NCBI GenBank assembly: GCA_963668625.2
Contig: CAXXKA010000006.1
Coordinates: 736,001 to 800,000 of the forward strand
DNA from: an uncultured candidate division Zixibacteria bacterium
GTDB taxonomy: Bacteria > Zixibacteria > MSB-5A5 > UBA10806 > 4484-95
DNA: 64,000 nt
Direction of reading: 5' to 3'
How positions within the stretch are numbered: position 1 is the stretch's first letter; the number at the start of each line of letters is the position of its first letter. The translations under genes and the position numbers were made by a program. A model generated the notes under the pieces. That model was not told where the DNA came from and searched no databases. It saw nothing but the letters and a program-made list of their open reading frames with translations. Shown here piece by piece: positions 1 to 9,731 of this stretch.

Positions 1-1425
1 TTCGGACTGACCTTTATTCAGGTTGGCGGAATCTCCGGTATGGTATACGATGCCGCCACTGGCGATCCGATAGAGCACGCCTTAGTAATGGCTATAGGCG
101 ATGGCCAGGGTCATCACCACCATCATCGCTGGGCTATCACCGATGAGAACGGCGAATACATGATGGAGTTAACCTCGGGTGAGTACAATATTGAGGTGTA
201 CGCCTGGTGGTATATGCCTTTCAGTTCCGAGGAGCCGGTTGAAGTGGTGGATGATATCGTTACCTACAATGTCGCGATGAATGGCCTCGAGTTCGGTACC
301 GTTTCCGGCACCGTTTACAACGATTCGGAAGAACCGATAGAGCACGCTTTAGTTGATATTCACATGGTAGAGGGCCGTATTCATCGCCTTGCCCGTACCG
401 ATGCCGACGGCAATTACATGTTCGAAAATGTCGCTGCCGGCTCTTACATGGCCCGCGCATTCGCGAGGGGATACGTATCCCAAACACTGGAAGACCCGGT
501 CGTGGTTGAGGGCGAACAGGATGTCACCGGTGTCGATTTCATTCTCGAAACGTGGGAATCACCTTATACGGGTATAATCTCCGGTGTAGTCACGGATGAT
601 GTTACCGGTGAGCCAATCGCTGATGCGTTGGTGGCCGCTATTGCTCCGGGACATGGCTGGAGACGTCACGTTGCCAGAACCCACACCGATGAGTTCGGAG
701 CTTACTCGTTCGATGACCTTCATCAGGATGCCGAGTACAAGATATTCTGTATGGCTATCGATTATAACCCCGAGTTTTTCGATGATAAGTTGAACTGGCA
801 GGATGCCGATCCTGTTACACCGGATGCTGCGGATATTAATATCGCCCTTACGGCAATTGAGGTTGATCCGAGGACTGTCGGCGGACAGGTGCTCGAGGAT
901 AACGAACCCGTAGACGGCGCTATCGTGATGGCTATCGTCGATGACGAAGTAGTTGGCGCGGCCGTAACTTTCGCTGATGGTTATTACTATATAGATGGAC
1001 TGGAGCCCGATGAATATACTCTGCAGGTAATCTCTCCCGATGAAAACCAGGGCTCTATCGATATTTCAGCGGTGTTCAGTAGTGTCTACGATGCCGATAT
1101 CGTTTTAGAGGCTACCTCGGTTGACGATGATATCATCGCCATACCTACCGAAACCGGGCTGATTCAGAATTACCCGAATCCGTTTAACGCGACCACCAAT
1201 ATCAGCTTCAATCTCGCTAACGATTCGGAGGTCGAACTGGCGGTTTATGATCTGCTGGGTCGTAACGTTGTTACACTGGTATCGGGTACGCTCGCAGTCG
1301 GTGCACACACTTATACCTGGAACGGCCTGGATAGAACCGGCAATCAGGTATCATCGGGTATTTACCTGTATGTGCTGAAAACCGCCGATCAAACATTGAG
1401 CAACAGAATGCTTCTCCTGAAATAA
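1..1425 (+). CDS. Secreted protein with carboxypeptidase-regulatory-like (Ig/transthyretin-like) repeats and a C-terminal FlgD-Ig/T9SS-like sorting domain; probably 5'-truncated by the window edge
   Basis: The frame is open from base 1 (the ORF track starts at Met 40). Four repeats of G.V.D..TG.PI..A.V...TD..G.Y. C-terminal QNYPNPFNATTNISF..VYDLLGR.V..L......G.H...WNG.D..G..VSSGIY.Y.L....RMLLLK. Confidence 0.85.
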   Translation, partial: FGLTFIQVGGISGMVYDAATGDPIEHALVMAIGDGQGHHHHHRWAITDENGEYMMELTSGEYNIEVYAWWYMPFSSEEPVEVVDDIVTYNVAMNGLEFGTVSGTVYNDSEEPIEHALVDIHMVEGRIHRLARTDADGNYMFENVAAGSYMARAFARGYVSQTLEDPVVVEGEQDVTGVDFILETWESPYTGIISGVVTDDVTGEPIADALVAAIAPGHGWRRHVARTHTDEFGAYSFDDLHQDAEYKIFCMAIDYNPEFFDDKLNWQDADPVTPDAADINIALTAIEVDPRTVGGQVLEDNEPVDGAIVMAIVDDEVVGAAVTFADGYYYIDGLEPDEYTLQVISPDENQGSIDISAVFSSVYDADIVLEATSVDDDIIAIPTETGLIQNYPNPFNATTNISFNLANDSEVELAVYDLLGRNVVTLVSGTLAVGAHTYTWNGLDRTGNQVSSGIYLYVLKTADQTLSNRMLLLK

Positions 1426-1450
1426 AGATTCAGGTTCGAATATAATATCA

Positions 1451-1480
1451 GAAGGGCGTTCATTTTGAACGCCCTTTTTT
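1451..1480 (+). terminator. Rho-independent terminator
   Basis: Hairpin AAGGGCGTTC/GAACGCCCTT followed by a T-run, about 25 nt after the stop codon. Confidence 0.85.
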
Positions 1481-1611
1481 ACTTGTATGAATAACTATCG
1501 GTTTAGCCGGTGTGTGCGTTTAGAGCGAGGCGTTGTTTTAACATCAAGTACGCTAGTATAGTGAAAATATGATAATACTTAAGAGAGGGGATGATATTGG
1601 CAGATTTAAGT

Positions 1612-3096
1612 TTACTCTTTTATGTTGATATCGAATGATTCAGCAGCTTTTAAAAATACCTTCACGATTTCGGGATCGAATTGCGTGCCGGAATTCTTCT
1701 CGATTTCCGTAAGCGCTTTTTCAATGCTCTGGCCTTTACGGTAAGGACGATTGCTGGTTATGGCATCGAAAGTATCCACCACTGCCAGAAGTCTACCCTC
1801 GATAGGAATCGCCTCGCCGGCCAGACCGTTGGGGTAACCTTTACCATCCCAGCGCTCATGATGGTTCAAAATATATGGAATAGCCGGTTTCAGGAAATGA
1901 ACTTTCTCGATCATTTTTACGCCGACCTCGGGGTGCGTTTTCATTATAACCTGTTCCTCGGCATTGAGCGGCCCCTCTTTGCTGAGGATGGCGTCCGGTA
2001 CGCCGATTTTGCCGATATCATGAAGTACCGCGCCCATCCGCAACTCTTTCGTTTTGGATTCGTTCCAGCCGAGTATTCTGGCGGCTTGAGTTGTCAGTTT
2101 CCAAACCCTGTTGGTATGCCCTGCAGTGTATTGATCCCTCGCCTCGATTGCGCCGGCCAGGGCCTCGACGGTATCGAAATACGCGTCCTCTAGCTCTTTA
2201 TACAATTTCGAGTTCTCTATTGAAATAGCGGCCTTCGAGGCAAACAGGGAAAGTGTTGTCAGGTTACCGGTAGTATAGCGATGGATATCTTTAGTTCTGA
2301 CCAGGCTAAGAGTGCCTATAGTAGCGCCTTTGGTAACCAGCAACTGGCATATCGCCGAACGTATATGGTTGTTTCCGGTTAGAGCGCTGGCCTCTTTTTC
2401 GTATATTACTCTCGGGCGGCTGTTGCCCAGAACACCCTCGACCATCGATTGCGTGAAGTCTTTCAGTATATGATGAATATCCTGTTCTTTGCAGGTATCT
2501 TCCTCGGAGATAATATCGCCGTTTTCCCTCAAAAGGTGAAGGGCGGCGTAGTCGGCTTTGAATTCCCTGATGACCGTATCGAGTATTAGTTTTATCAATT
2601 TCTCCGGTTCTATCTCCGAACCCATCGCCTCGGAAATCGCATAGTATGACATAATCTCGTTCAAGCGAATGTTTTCTTCCTCGAGTTGATGTTGATGAAC
2701 CGCTCGCTTCAGGATTGCAAACAGGTTCTCCATGGTAAACGGTTTGACCAGGTAGTCGAACGCGCCTTTTTTCAATACCGCGATTGCGTTTTGAATCGTA
2801 GGCTTGCCTGTCATAAGGATAACTTTAGCGCCGGGATGATATTTCTGTGACTTCGTGATAACATCCAGACCGGAACCCTCATCCAAAAGCAAGTCGGTGA
2901 GAACTATCGAAACCTCGTTTTCTCTAAGAACCTTTTCTGCTTCCTTGAACGAATTGGCTAAATACAATTGATAAGGCTGAGTGGATAGCATCTCCTGGAT
3001 AACCTGGAGGATGTTTATTTCGTCATCTACTATTAAAATCGATTCCGGTAATTCCTGAACTTGTTTTATCGAACTTAATATTTGATCAACAGACAA
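1612..3096 (-). CDS. Response regulator REC-GAF-HD-GYP cyclic-di-GMP phosphodiesterase
   Basis: REC domain (ILIVDDE, TD, GAFDYLVKP), a GAF-like middle region, and HD-GYP motifs HDIGKIG, HHERWDGKGYP and RPYR. Confidence 0.93.
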   Translation of the reverse strand: MSVDQILSSIKQVQELPESILIVDDEINILQVIQEMLSTQPYQLYLANSFKEAEKVLRENEVSIVLTDLLLDEGSGLDVITKSQKYHPGAKVILMTGKPTIQNAIAVLKKGAFDYLVKPFTMENLFAILKRAVHQHQLEEENIRLNEIMSYYAISEAMGSEIEPEKLIKLILDTVIREFKADYAALHLLRENGDIISEEDTCKEQDIHHILKDFTQSMVEGVLGNSRPRVIYEKEASALTGNNHIRSAICQLLVTKGATIGTLSLVRTKDIHRYTTGNLTTLSLFASKAAISIENSKLYKELEDAYFDTVEALAGAIEARDQYTAGHTNRVWKLTTQAARILGWNESKTKELRMGAVLHDIGKIGVPDAILSKEGPLNAEEQVIMKTHPEVGVKMIEKVHFLKPAIPYILNHHERWDGKGYPNGLAGEAIPIEGRLLAVVDTFDAITSNRPYRKGQSIEKALTEIEKNSGTQFDPEIVKVFLKAAESFDINIKE

Positions 3097-3328
3097 TTTA
3101 TCTCCTTCGCTTATTTCCGTTATCGACAGTTCGGAGCACGCCTTCTAAAACTTATAAAACTTGTTTCGATTTCCTTGTTTAATCGGTTGTATTTTAAAAC
3201 AAGTATTGTAGCCTTACCGTACTGCCCGTCACATTGGTTCTATGTTGAAACGAAATATTCGGATATATACGAAGTGCAGAATTATACTATGTAAAATTCA
3301 CATCTATCGATGAAAACTATGTCTTTAA

Positions 3329-4222
3329 TTATTGATTAATATTTCTGTAATAATCGTCGGTTTGTTTATGCGCCATGTATGAACTTCTAACCAACGGTCC
3401 GGAAACCATTAATCCAATGCCCGCCGCCTCACCGATAACTTTAATTTCATCGAATTCCTCGGGAGTATAAAACCTTCGTACCGGCAAGTGTTCCTTAGAG
3501 GGTGAAAGATATTGTCCAATCGTAAATATTTTACATCCGCAATCGGCTGCATCCTCGAGAACTTTTTTCACCTGGTTGATATTTTCGCCCAAGCCAACCA
3601 TCATACCCGACTTAACGATAGATTCCTTACCGTTTTCGGAGGCGTACTTCAAGACATCGAGCGAACGCTCATAATTTGCTTGCGGCCGGGCACTCGAATA
3701 CAATTCAGGAACCGTTTCGAGATTGTGCGCCAAAACGTCCGGTTCGGCATTGATAACGATATCCAGGGATTTTCTATCGGCCTTAAGGTCGGGAATCAAA
3801 ACCTCGACTTTACAATTTTGGTTACGTTCTTTTGTCAGCCTTATCATATCGGCGAAAATGCCCGCGCCGCCGTCGGATAGATCATCGCGGGTAACGGAGG
3901 TTACAACCACATAGCGAAGATTAAGTTTGTTCACTGCCTCGGCTATTCGGGAGGGTTCCTCACAATCGACAGGGGAGGGTTTACCGGGGTGGACATCGCA
4001 GAACCGACAATTACGCGTGCATTTATCCCCCAGTATGATGAATGTAGCGGTACGCGCCGAGAAACACTCGCCGATATTCGGACAACTGGCCTCCTGGCAT
4101 ACCGTGTGAAGATTCATGTTTTTGATAAGCGCTTTTACCTCGGTGAAAGTCTCCCCGAAATTTGCCTTGATTTTCAACCACGGTGGCTTGCGCATGTTGT
4201 TGTATTCAGGGTCGTTGGCCAT
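3329..4222 (-). CDS. lipA: Lipoyl synthase
   Basis: KPPWLK, CQEASCPNIGEC, the radical-SAM motif CTRNCRFC, and C-terminal SGPLVRSSY. Confidence 0.97.
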   Translation of the reverse strand: MANDPEYNNMRKPPWLKIKANFGETFTEVKALIKNMNLHTVCQEASCPNIGECFSARTATFIILGDKCTRNCRFCDVHPGKPSPVDCEEPSRIAEAVNKLNLRYVVVTSVTRDDLSDGGAGIFADMIRLTKERNQNCKVEVLIPDLKADRKSLDIVINAEPDVLAHNLETVPELYSSARPQANYERSLDVLKYASENGKESIVKSGMMVGLGENINQVKKVLEDAADCGCKIFTIGQYLSPSKEHLPVRRFYTPEEFDEIKVIGEAAGIGLMVSGPLVRSSYMAHKQTDDYYRNINQ

Positions 4223-4224
4223 GG

Positions 4225-4674
4225 CTAATCGGCCTCCATTGTAGATGGTTGATCTTCATCCAAAATGTCATCGACCGCCAAGCGCGAATTTAACGTTTTG
4301 TAAACCGGGCAGCGTTTGGCTATCTCTAGCAAACGAGTACGCTGGTCATCGGTCAAATCGCCTATCAATTTTATCTTATTAGTGATTTTATGAAGGAACT
4401 TGTCGTTATCGGCGCATTCCTGGCAGTCTTTGTCATAGATTCTTTTGTAGCTCAGATTGACCTCGACGCTATCGAGTGGAATACCTTTGTGGCGAGCGTA
4501 AATTTTCAATGTCATCGAGGTGCAGCTTCCCAGGGCCGCCAGTAGAAGGTCATAGGGGTTTGGCCCGAGGCCATCCCCCTTGAGTTTTACCGGCTCATCG
4601 GAGATAAAAGAATGTTCCTCGGTTATCACCTGTTGCTGAAGGTTTTTAATATGTTTGACTGTTACGCTTCCCAT
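4225..4674 (-). CDS. OsmC family (YhfA-like) protein
   Basis: DEP...G.GLGPNPYDLLLAALGSCT and RCPV motifs. Confidence 0.9.
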   Translation of the reverse strand: MGSVTVKHIKNLQQQVITEEHSFISDEPVKLKGDGLGPNPYDLLLAALGSCTSMTLKIYARHKGIPLDSVEVNLSYKRIYDKDCQECADNDKFLHKITNKIKLIGDLTDDQRTRLLEIAKRCPVYKTLNSRLAVDDILDEDQPSTMEAD

Positions 4675-4681
4675 GACAGCC

Positions 4682-5602
4682 TCAATCGTTCCAGGCTTCG
4701 AGATATTTATCCGCCGCTACGGCCGCCGTAGTGCCATCCCCGACAGCATTGGTGACCTGCTTGCAAAGCTGCTTGCGCACATCACCGATAGCGTACAAGC
4801 CTTCAACGTTGGTTTGCATGTTGGTATCGGTAATTATATAGCCGCCTTCGTCTTTCTTGATCTCGAAATCGAATAAATCGGAGTTCGGCGTAAACCCGAT
4901 AAAAGGGAAGAGAGCGCCAACGGGCAGATTAGTAGTCTCGCCGGTTTTGACATTTTTAATATCGATTGATTTGATGGTATCATCACCGTTTACTTTGGCG
5001 ACCACGCTATCCCAGATAAATTCTATCTTATCGTTAGCGAAAGCGCGTTTCTGGATTACCTTCTGGGCGCGTAGCTCATCACGGCGATGTATTATATATA
5101 CTTTCGAACCGAATTTGGTGAGGTACATGCCCTCCTCGACAGCGGCATCACCGCCACCGGCTACGGCTATAACCTGGCCTTTGAAAAAAGCGCCGTCGCA
5201 AATCGCGCAGTATGATACGCCTCGGCCGCTGTACTCTTTCTCGCCGGGTACGCCTAACAAACGAGGCGCGCCGCCGGTAGCGATTATTACGGCTTTAGCC
5301 TTATAGGTTTCGCTGTCAGCCTCGATAATTTTATACCTGCCGTCCAGTTTGATTTTATTGACATTATCGAAACCGATTTTAAGTCCGAATTTAACAGCGT
5401 GATTTTCGATTTTCTTGGCCAGCTCAGCTCCGGATATCGACTCGAAACCGGGGTAGTCCTCAACCAGCTCGGTATTGGCGATCTGGCCGCCCGGCATCAG
5501 TTTTTCCAGCGCCAGGGTATCGAGTTCCGATCTCGCCGAATACATTCCCGCGGTCAAGCCGCCCGGTCCACCACCTACTATTATCACATCATGTTCTTTC
5601 AT
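4682..5602 (-). CDS. trxB: Thioredoxin-disulfide reductase
   Basis: GGGPGGLTA, GVSYCAICDG, GGGDAAVEE and AIGDVR motifs. Confidence 0.97.
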   Translation of the reverse strand: MKEHDVIIVGGGPGGLTAGMYSARSELDTLALEKLMPGGQIANTELVEDYPGFESISGAELAKKIENHAVKFGLKIGFDNVNKIKLDGRYKIIEADSETYKAKAVIIATGGAPRLLGVPGEKEYSGRGVSYCAICDGAFFKGQVIAVAGGGDAAVEEGMYLTKFGSKVYIIHRRDELRAQKVIQKRAFANDKIEFIWDSVVAKVNGDDTIKSIDIKNVKTGETTNLPVGALFPFIGFTPNSDLFDFEIKKDEGGYIITDTNMQTNVEGLYAIGDVRKQLCKQVTNAVGDGTTAAVAADKYLEAWND

Positions 5603-5614
5603 CGCATCCTCCGC

Positions 5615-6160
5615 TTAGTAATCTATTCCCTTCTGGGCTAAAATACCCTTCTGGTATGGGTGTTTAATTTCTTTCATCTCGGTGACAAGATCAGCCCGCT
5701 CTATCAGCTCCGGATCGGCGCCTCTGCCGGTAATCACGATATCCATGAGCTCGGGTTTTCTCTCCAGCATCTCCAGTACGTCGTCTATATCGATTAAGCC
5801 TATCGAAACGGCTACGTTCAGCTCATCTAAAATAAGTATATCGTATTTACCTGAAAGCATCAATTCTTCGGCGAGTTTCAGGGTTTCCTCGGCGGCTTTC
5901 TCATGCTCGGAACGGGGGAGATTGTCATCGATAATGCCCACGAAACCTTTGCCGCCCGTGATCATCTCGACATTAGGGGCGAGCTTTTTGATGCCGTCCA
6001 GTTCTCCGTAATGCCAGCTACCTTTTACAAATTGAACGATTGCCACTTTCTTATCATAACCGACAGCGCGCACGCAAATGCCCAGCGCCGCCGTTGTTTT
6101 GCCCTTGCCATCGCCGGTGTTTACCAGTATCAATCCTATTTTCTTCTCTTCATCAGCCAT
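5615..6160 (-). CDS. cobO: Cob(I)yrinic acid a,c-diamide adenosyltransferase (CobO/BtuR)
   Basis: TGDGKGKTTAALG, QFVKG, LILDEL, ITGR, KHPY and GIDY motifs. Confidence 0.95.
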   Translation of the reverse strand: MADEEKKIGLILVNTGDGKGKTTAALGICVRAVGYDKKVAIVQFVKGSWHYGELDGIKKLAPNVEMITGGKGFVGIIDDNLPRSEHEKAAEETLKLAEELMLSGKYDILILDELNVAVSIGLIDIDDVLEMLERKPELMDIVITGRGADPELIERADLVTEMKEIKHPYQKGILAQKGIDY

Positions 6161-6328
6161 TTATCCACCTTTCAATTTATTTTTTAACACCGACAGGCGG
6201 TTAAAAGTTTCGAGCCCGTTTTCCGTTTTCGGCCCGGCGCATTAAGTATAAAACCAGGTGCAAGTTACATCAACGGAATGCGCAAGTCAAGGAATGTGCT
6301 AATACATTGAGGAGGTTTGTGATTACCT

Positions 6329-6438
6329 GTTGGAGTACGGGGATGTACTCCAACCACGAAACGTTTATCCTGGCGGTCATAATGAGGAGTTGGAGAGGGC
6401 GCGCTTATGGGACACCCTCGGGATAAGCTCCTGCCACG
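6329..6438. repeat. REP-like palindrome cluster
   Basis: Perfect stem GTTGGAGTAC/GTACTCCAAC plus a second imperfect GTTGGAG-initiated hairpin in the cobO/ligase intergenic region. Confidence 0.5.
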
Positions 6439-6521
6439 ATAATTCTAATAGCATGAAACCTATCGATAACTCCCAAATATATACGATTGACAGCCCCTGC
6501 TCTTAAATCTATATTCTGCCT

Positions 6522-7454
6522 ATGAAAATTATCACCGATGATCTCGATCATGCCGGAAAATTCTGCGAATCCCGAGTTAGCTGGAGTAAATATGATCCTG
6601 TATCTGATATTGCTATAAAACCGCTTGTCGAACGGTTGTTCGTCGGCAATGAGCTATTTTCGGCAGAATCCCCTGCTAAAAGCGGCTGGAATTACCTTCT
6701 GATAGTGAAGTCGTCTCAATATTCGCAATATGATACTGTCAACGATATCTTCAGAAATAATATTAACCTGCCGCATGGGATACTATGTGTCGCTGGTGCG
6801 GGATCGAAATTCCACGGCTTCAGGGACAGACACTGGGTTTCACCCGCCGGCAATATATATCTGACCGCCTCGGTTACGCCCAATTGCCCTATTCCTAATT
6901 TCGGCGCGGGATTTTTGTCGCTGGCGGCGGTTTCGGTGGTGCAGACCATCGACACTATCGCGGGGCTCGAGCGCAAGGCCGGTATCAAATGGGTTAATGA
7001 TATCCTTATCGATGGCGCTAAAGTATGCGGCGTGTTGGCGCAGGCTCAACATGAGGGAGAGGCGGTAACCTCGGCGACTATGGGCATAGGCTTGAATGTA
7101 CTCACGACGCCTGATATCGAGCAAACCCCGTTCGTGCCGAGAGCGGCTTCGCTTTCCGATTTCGTTGATATACATGAACCGTCGTTGCTGGCGAGCGCTT
7201 TTACTGCTCTTATTCATAATTTATACGATAATTACGCAAAATTGCTTAAGGATGGTTATTCCGGTCTGCTCGATTCGTACAGGGAACGTTCGCTGATTAT
7301 CGGTCGAGAGGTTGAGATATGTGCCGACTTGAACTCACCCGAAATACAAGTTGAACATACGGGGATAGTTGAACGTATCGGCGAGAACCTAGAGCTTTAC
7401 ATTAAAGGAGCGCCCGGGTCGATCGGCCGGGGGAGATTAGCGTTAAAATTGTAG
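6522..7454 (+). CDS. Divergent biotin/lipoate protein ligase family protein (BirA-like, no HTH)
   Basis: HGFRDRHWVSPAGNIYLT (compare GRGRxGRxW.SP.G), IKWVNDILIDGAKVCGVL and GIGLNV. Confidence 0.8.
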   Translation: MKIITDDLDHAGKFCESRVSWSKYDPVSDIAIKPLVERLFVGNELFSAESPAKSGWNYLLIVKSSQYSQYDTVNDIFRNNINLPHGILCVAGAGSKFHGFRDRHWVSPAGNIYLTASVTPNCPIPNFGAGFLSLAAVSVVQTIDTIAGLERKAGIKWVNDILIDGAKVCGVLAQAQHEGEAVTSATMGIGLNVLTTPDIEQTPFVPRAASLSDFVDIHEPSLLASAFTALIHNLYDNYAKLLKDGYSGLLDSYRERSLIIGREVEICADLNSPEIQVEHTGIVERIGENLELYIKGAPGSIGRGRLALKL

Positions 7455-7470
7455 ACCGCTGGACCGGCGT

Positions 7471-7503
7471 GAAAAAAGAGGGATCCAACCTCCTGAATCC
7501 CTC
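7471..7503. terminator. Likely terminator between convergent genes
   Basis: AAAAAA-GAGGGAT..loop..ATCCCTC hairpin. Confidence 0.55.
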
Positions 7504-7534
7504 CGAGCGAATTTAGACAACGGGAGCGTTACCC

Positions 7535-7969
7535 TCATTCACAACAAATTCTTATCGCCTCTTTTTCATCATCTACATCGATACAGGTTTCCGATAGGGC
7601 GTTTAGCATCTTATCCAGCGATTCGCTGTTTAGCTCATCGATATTGAAATCGACTCCTTTTTCCCCCAGCGCGCCGTTGACTTTATCCTTGGCCGATTTG
7701 GGAATCATCGAGGATAATTTGGCCCCTGCTTTAATCAAACCCAGGGGAATTTTTATATTAACTTTCTCCTTGCGGCCGTCTTTTGGCTCGACAATTACCC
7801 TGAAATATTTTAATTTTTTGGTGGATGAGCCGGTTTTCTCCTCGGATTTCTCCTCATTGGGCGAGCTATCCGAGGTACTTTCTATAGCGTCCAGAAGCTT
7901 TTCCGCCTCTTCAGCGGTTATTTTACCCGCGGCTAACATCTCCAATACTTTCATTCTTTCCTGGGACAT
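7535..7969 (-). CDS. SHOCT-like/YvlB-LiaX N-terminal domain protein (DUF2089 partner)
   Basis: N-terminal ERMKVLEMLAAGKITAEEAEKLLDAI and KVNIKIPL motif; lies next to the DUF2089 gene. Confidence 0.8.
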   Translation of the reverse strand: MSQERMKVLEMLAAGKITAEEAEKLLDAIESTSDSSPNEEKSEEKTGSSTKKLKYFRVIVEPKDGRKEKVNIKIPLGLIKAGAKLSSMIPKSAKDKVNGALGEKGVDFNIDELNSESLDKMLNALSETCIDVDDEKEAIRICCE

Positions 7970-8000
7970 AAATCCTCCTGTCTAATTAATATCGAACCGT

Positions 8001-8369
8001 TTACCTCTTGCGTTCCTTTAACACTTTTAAAGCGTCCTCGACACTCATCTCACCTTTATCCAACTGCTCCAAAACATCCGAGGCCGGGGAAGAGATATCG
8101 ACTTGCACGAGATCGAGTTTGGCGGTAATCCTGTTGAGCCGGTTTTTGATAGTCGGGTAGCTGACACCGAATACTTTCTCCATCTGTTTGATAGAGCCAT
8201 GATATTGAATGAACGCCGCCACGAATACTTGATCCTCAGCCGATAGCCTGGCCAGTGGTGGAAGCTCGAACTCGCCCTCAATAGCGATATCATCATCCTT
8301 GATCCGCACCCGCTCGACAGCCATTTCTTTACCGTTGCTTATTTTGATCAGGTATTGCCAGTCTTTCAT
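8001..8369 (-). CDS. DUF2089 family HTH protein
   Basis: IEGEFELPPLARL, GSIKQMEKVFGVSYPTIKNRL and a C-terminal SHOCT-like helix. Confidence 0.88.
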   Translation of the reverse strand: MKDWQYLIKISNGKEMAVERVRIKDDDIAIEGEFELPPLARLSAEDQVFVAAFIQYHGSIKQMEKVFGVSYPTIKNRLNRITAKLDLVQVDISSPASDVLEQLDKGEMSVEDALKVLKERKR

Positions 8370-8505
8370 TGTATTTCCTCCATGTTCTATAGGTAATACT
8401 GATAATAATTAATAAAGTTGCATAAATAAATCAATAATATTAATAATAATATAATTATAATTGATAAAATTAATTATTGCGATTGGGGGAATTGTAGGCC
8501 AAAAG

Positions 8506-8530
8506 AAAAGCCCCGACTTATGCCGGGGCT
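8506..8530 (-). terminator. Rho-independent terminator of the RRM gene
   Basis: AGCCCCG/CGGGGCT stem with a flanking A-run (a U-tail on the minus strand). Confidence 0.75.
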
Positions 8531-8571
8531 GAAGCTACGAATTATCAGTATCTTACGGAAATACCGATGAT

Positions 8572-8844
8572 TTAGTATCTGTTACGATAGTTGTCGCGTC
8601 TGGGTTTATCCTGGCGCGGACGGGCTTCGTCAATTTTTAATGTGCGACCTTCGAAATCCTGACCATTCAAAGCTTCTTTAGCTTTTTCGGCCTCATCCGG
8701 GGTGCCCATCTCGACAAATCCAAATCCTTTGCCATCGATAATGTTGACTCTTTTAACTTCGCCGTAATTAGCGAAAAGCTCTTCCAACTGGCTGTTGTTT
8801 ACAGCGTAATTAAGATTACCAACATACAGATTGTTGCCTTGCAC
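8572..8844 (-). CDS. RRM-domain RNA-binding protein
   Basis: RNP2 LYVGNL, RNP1 KGFGFVEM and C-terminal GRTLKIDEARPR. Confidence 0.95.
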   Translation of the reverse strand: MQGNNLYVGNLNYAVNNSQLEELFANYGEVKRVNIIDGKGFGFVEMGTPDEAEKAKEALNGQDFEGRTLKIDEARPRQDKPRRDNYRNRY

Positions 8845-9234
8845 TTTTACCTCTTCTTCTGCTTATTCCCTTCGAATAATGCTTCATTTCCAGGTAGAAG
8901 TGAAGAACATTCTAGACCATTTAACGAAAACATTTTCTTCGAGAATCCCTTAATGGTTACTGTTAAAATGAAAATATTAAATGAATATGCCCCTATCGAA
9001 AGTTATTACAAAAAAAACTATCATTTCAAAAATTAAGGTAATTAACCCTTTTTACTTTGTCAAGTAATTGTTTTGTTAACTTTTTGCTTTTTTAGCGGGT
9101 TCCGATAGTTCGATTCCCGGTTAAAAATTAGCTAACATTCATCATTTTGATTATTTTTATCGGCATATCAAGGATTAAAGTAACATAAAATACAGTTAAG
9201 TCCATTAAGCTTCAGCCCAGTATGTCCGGCAATA

Positions 9235-9690
9235 TTAATCCTTATCTATATAGAATACATAGACTTTCTCGATATTTGGTTCAGGCGGAAAATCAGCTAT
9301 AGTCGGCGGATTCTGCTGGTAATCGACACATTTGACTATCCCATTGTTATCCTTGGCCAGTACCACCATATGGCCTGATTTGGTATTTTTCCTCGTGTAG
9401 GCTAATCCGAGGCCGCAGCCGCGCGGCATATTGAGTATCACCTGGTTATAGAAATTCCCGCCCTCGTTATATGCCCGGTATGCGATATTATCCATACCTC
9501 CCTCGGCAAACAAGTTTATGATATCATCCAGCGTCGCGAAATCATCCTGCATGATTTCGCAATCCTTAAAAAACTGCTCTACTGTTTGGTTGCGCAATGC
9601 AGCGACCGTACAGTAGTAGCAGTTTTTATCCAGACCGTAAGTGTTCGAGGTCGTGTTTATATCCAGTATCGGTTTAAATGCTTTTGGCAT
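9235..9690 (-). CDS. Stand-alone papain-fold (Tox-PL / glutamine deamidase-like) protein
   Basis: NCYYC, GHMVV and VDYQ match the NCxxC / H / DxQ pattern of papain-fold toxin domains. Strong RBS AGGAGG; no signal peptide. Confidence 0.6.
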   Translation of the reverse strand: MPKAFKPILDINTTSNTYGLDKNCYYCTVAALRNQTVEQFFKDCEIMQDDFATLDDIINLFAEGGMDNIAYRAYNEGGNFYNQVILNMPRGCGLGLAYTRKNTKSGHMVVLAKDNNGIVKCVDYQQNPPTIADFPPEPNIEKVYVFYIDKD

Positions 9691-9731
9691 GGTTTCCTCC
9701 TGTTAAAACGTGATTATTTTTTCGGTTCACG

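Noticed and set aside
1681-2193. 170-aa plus-strand ORF
   Set aside because: Antisense shadow of the HD-GYP gene, with no motifs.
6161-6521. Possible cobalamin riboswitch upstream of cobO
   Set aside because: No B12-box elements (GGGAA, GCCACTG, ACTGT) seen on the minus strand, only REP-like hairpins. An Infernal search would settle it.
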